Positions 63,111 to 64,000 of a stretch of 64,000 nt of DNA are shown here, one piece after another. This stretch comes from an uncultured Conexibacteraceae bacterium. Its GTDB lineage: Bacteria > Actinomycetota > Thermoleophilia > Solirubrobacterales > Solirubrobacteraceae. The first letter of the stretch is position 1, and the number at the start of each line of letters is the position of its first letter. The notes beneath the pieces are model-generated. The model saw only the letters and a list, made by a program, of their open reading frames with translations, did not search any database and was not told where the DNA came from. The stretch lies in NCBI GenBank assembly GCA_963774025.1, contig CAVZDL010000016.1, positions 10,919-74,918 of the forward strand, read 5' to 3'. The position numbers and the translations under genes are program-made.

Positions 63111-63235
63111 ACGAGGAGCGGTCCCCGTACGATCGGTTCCTCACTCTCCAGCGTCGGGTCGTTGTCGGCTGCAACGACTCGACGGGCTGGTGCGACGACT
63201 GTACGACGCTCGTGACGACTCTGATCAGGTGTTGA
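63095..63235 (+). CDS. possible 46-aa Cys-rich mini-protein
   Basis: ATG 63095 gives MRTTDDEERSPYDRFLTLQRRVVVGCNDSTGWCDDCTTLVTTLIRC*. Third-position GC is high. Its stop overlaps a TTG/GTG start of the next coding segment (GTGTTGA). It is below the ORF-track size cut-off. Confidence 0.3.
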   Translation: MRTTDDEERSPYDRFLTLQRRVVVGCNDSTGWCDDCTTLVTTLIRC

Positions 63236-63446
63236 TCGACAAGCACGGCCTGCGGCGCGACATCATGGGCGAGCTTCCGCGGAAGATCGCCGATCTTCGC
63301 GATCGGATTCTGCTCGGGCTCGAGGACGAGCCCGAGCCGCTGGAGGAGCCGACCGACGAGTTCGAAGCGCTCAGGCGATCGAGAACGCGATGTCGGGCGA
63401 GGACGCGGAGGATGGCGCCGGTTCCGGCTACCCGGAGGCGGCGTAG
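63232..63446 (+). pseudogene. small acidic protein gene with one apparent frame change
   Basis: (L)IDKHGLRRDIMGELPRKIADLRDRILLGLEDEPEPLEEPTDEFEAL, then the best frame shifts near 63368 to QAIENAMSGEDAEDGAGSGYPEAA* (TAG 63444-63446). Confidence 0.35.
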
Positions 63447-63479
63447 TCGCCGCCGGCCTGCGATCCATCTGGTACGGAC

Positions 63480-63502
63480 GAGGGCGCCAAACAGGCGCCC
63501 TC
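63480..63502. terminator. hairpin between convergent genes
   Basis: GAGGGCGCC-AAACA-GGCGCCCTC, a perfect 9-bp stem. It lies 34 nt after the plus-strand TAG and overlaps the inferred minus-strand TGA (63503..63501). There is no T-run. Confidence 0.5.
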
Positions 63503-64000
63503 AGTCGTCCCCGGCAAAGGGGTGCTCCGGGAGCCACATCCGGCTCGTCCCGCTCCGAAGATCGACGTTGGTTTGGGTCCAGCCGTTCAGCGCGCAGCGA
63601 GCGCCTGGAACTCCCCCGCGAAACGCCGTCAGCGGGTTCGAGCTGGGAGCAGGGCTCCAGCGCCTGGCGCGCGATGTTCGTCAGCTCCGCGCGCCAGGTC
63701 TCCATCTGCATGACGAACGCATGGATGCCAGTCATGTCGATCCGGATCGTCCGCACGTCGGCGATGTCGAACGGCAGCTTGTCCTCGGCACGGCAAACGA
63801 GCACGGTCGGCCTCCCCGTGGCGTGACGGATAGCGAGCTCGTAGAAGACGTTCGGGTTGTGAAACGAGAGGTCGACGACGACCAGCCTGGAGTGCAGAAG
63901 GTGCTGGATGACCTGCGCGGAGATGAGTCCAGGGTTCTCGAATCTGGTCTGCTCGGACGACGCGTAGGCCCATGCCAAGGGCCTCGATAGCCGGCTCGAC
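63501..64000 (-). pseudogene. TIR-like / nucleoside 2-deoxyribosyltransferase-like domain gene, 5' end outside the window, two apparent frameshifts
   Basis: Minus-strand segments: ...VEPAIEALGMGLRVVRADQIRE / PGLISAQVIQHLLHSRLVVVDLSFHNPNVFYELAIRHATGRPTVLVCRAEDKLPFDIADVRTIRID...TNIARQALEPCSQLEP / LTAFRGG...NGWTQTNVDLRSGTSRMWLPEHPFAGDD*. The frame changes lie at GAACCC hexamers (plus-strand GGGTTC at 63932-63937 and 63634-63639). Confidence 0.45.

Noticed and set aside
62641-63978. 445-aa minus-strand ORF and 494-aa plus-strand ORF (62506..63990) spanning the same 1.4 kb
   Set aside because: Neither is coherent as a single protein. Each is protein-like only over the part where the other looks like antisense. 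They were reinterpreted as convergent, frame-disrupted genes separated by the 63480-63502 hairpin.
1-64000. CRISPR arrays, rRNA genes, IS elements, transposases, integrases
   Set aside because: No regularly spaced direct repeats with unique spacers were seen. No rRNA-like conserved blocks were seen. No DDE/tyrosine/serine recombinase motifs were seen in any credible ORF.

Overview
High-GC, actinobacterium-like chromosomal segment; it cannot be placed more precisely without a database search. Positions 1-60.8 kb are densely and cleanly coding. Most other long ORFs in the track are antisense or N-terminally over-extended shadows typical of high-GC DNA.

Housekeeping core:
- gltX (partial), nfo, zwf, arfB and dnaE.
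- One long minus-strand block: thrS, infC-rpmI-rplT, a TrmH-family methyltransferase, pheS-pheT, and argC-argJ-argB-argD. This block continues without gaps into a CHAD-domain gene and an orphan ParA-like ATPase.
- argG sits apart. It is stop/start-coupled to a MurD-like ligase and a PP-loop-like ORF, which looks like the alternative MurD2/MurL D-glutamate pathway.

Accessory part (27-60 kb):
- a secreted CSLREA-type beta-helix protein
- tRNA-Val, tRNA-Cys and tRNA-Gly
- an amino-acid ABC importer
- a family of small lipoproteins built from a duplicated 2-Cys 'CMRxHG...FPDP' module: three intact copies and one fragmented copy, two of them flanking an orphan OmpR-type regulator
- a MarR-YceI-FMN reductase-VOC cluster
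- TetR + MMPL
- mntH with a divergent DtxR/MntR-type regulator
- ArsR + a small metal-efflux-like membrane protein
- a split rifampin-phosphotransferase/PEP-utilising-like enzyme whose ATP-grasp half carries a C-terminal cyclic-nucleotide-binding domain
- a ModA-like binding protein with a fused permease-ATPase and an XRE-PBP regulator

After tRNA-Gly (60.9-64 kb) the character changes. There is first about 0.5 kb of repeat- and palindrome-rich non-coding DNA. Then come about 2.6 kb of clear coding signal whose best frame switches repeatedly. This stretch ends in a convergent, frame-disrupted TIR-like gene that runs off the window.

I saw no CRISPR array, rRNA, transposase or integrase.
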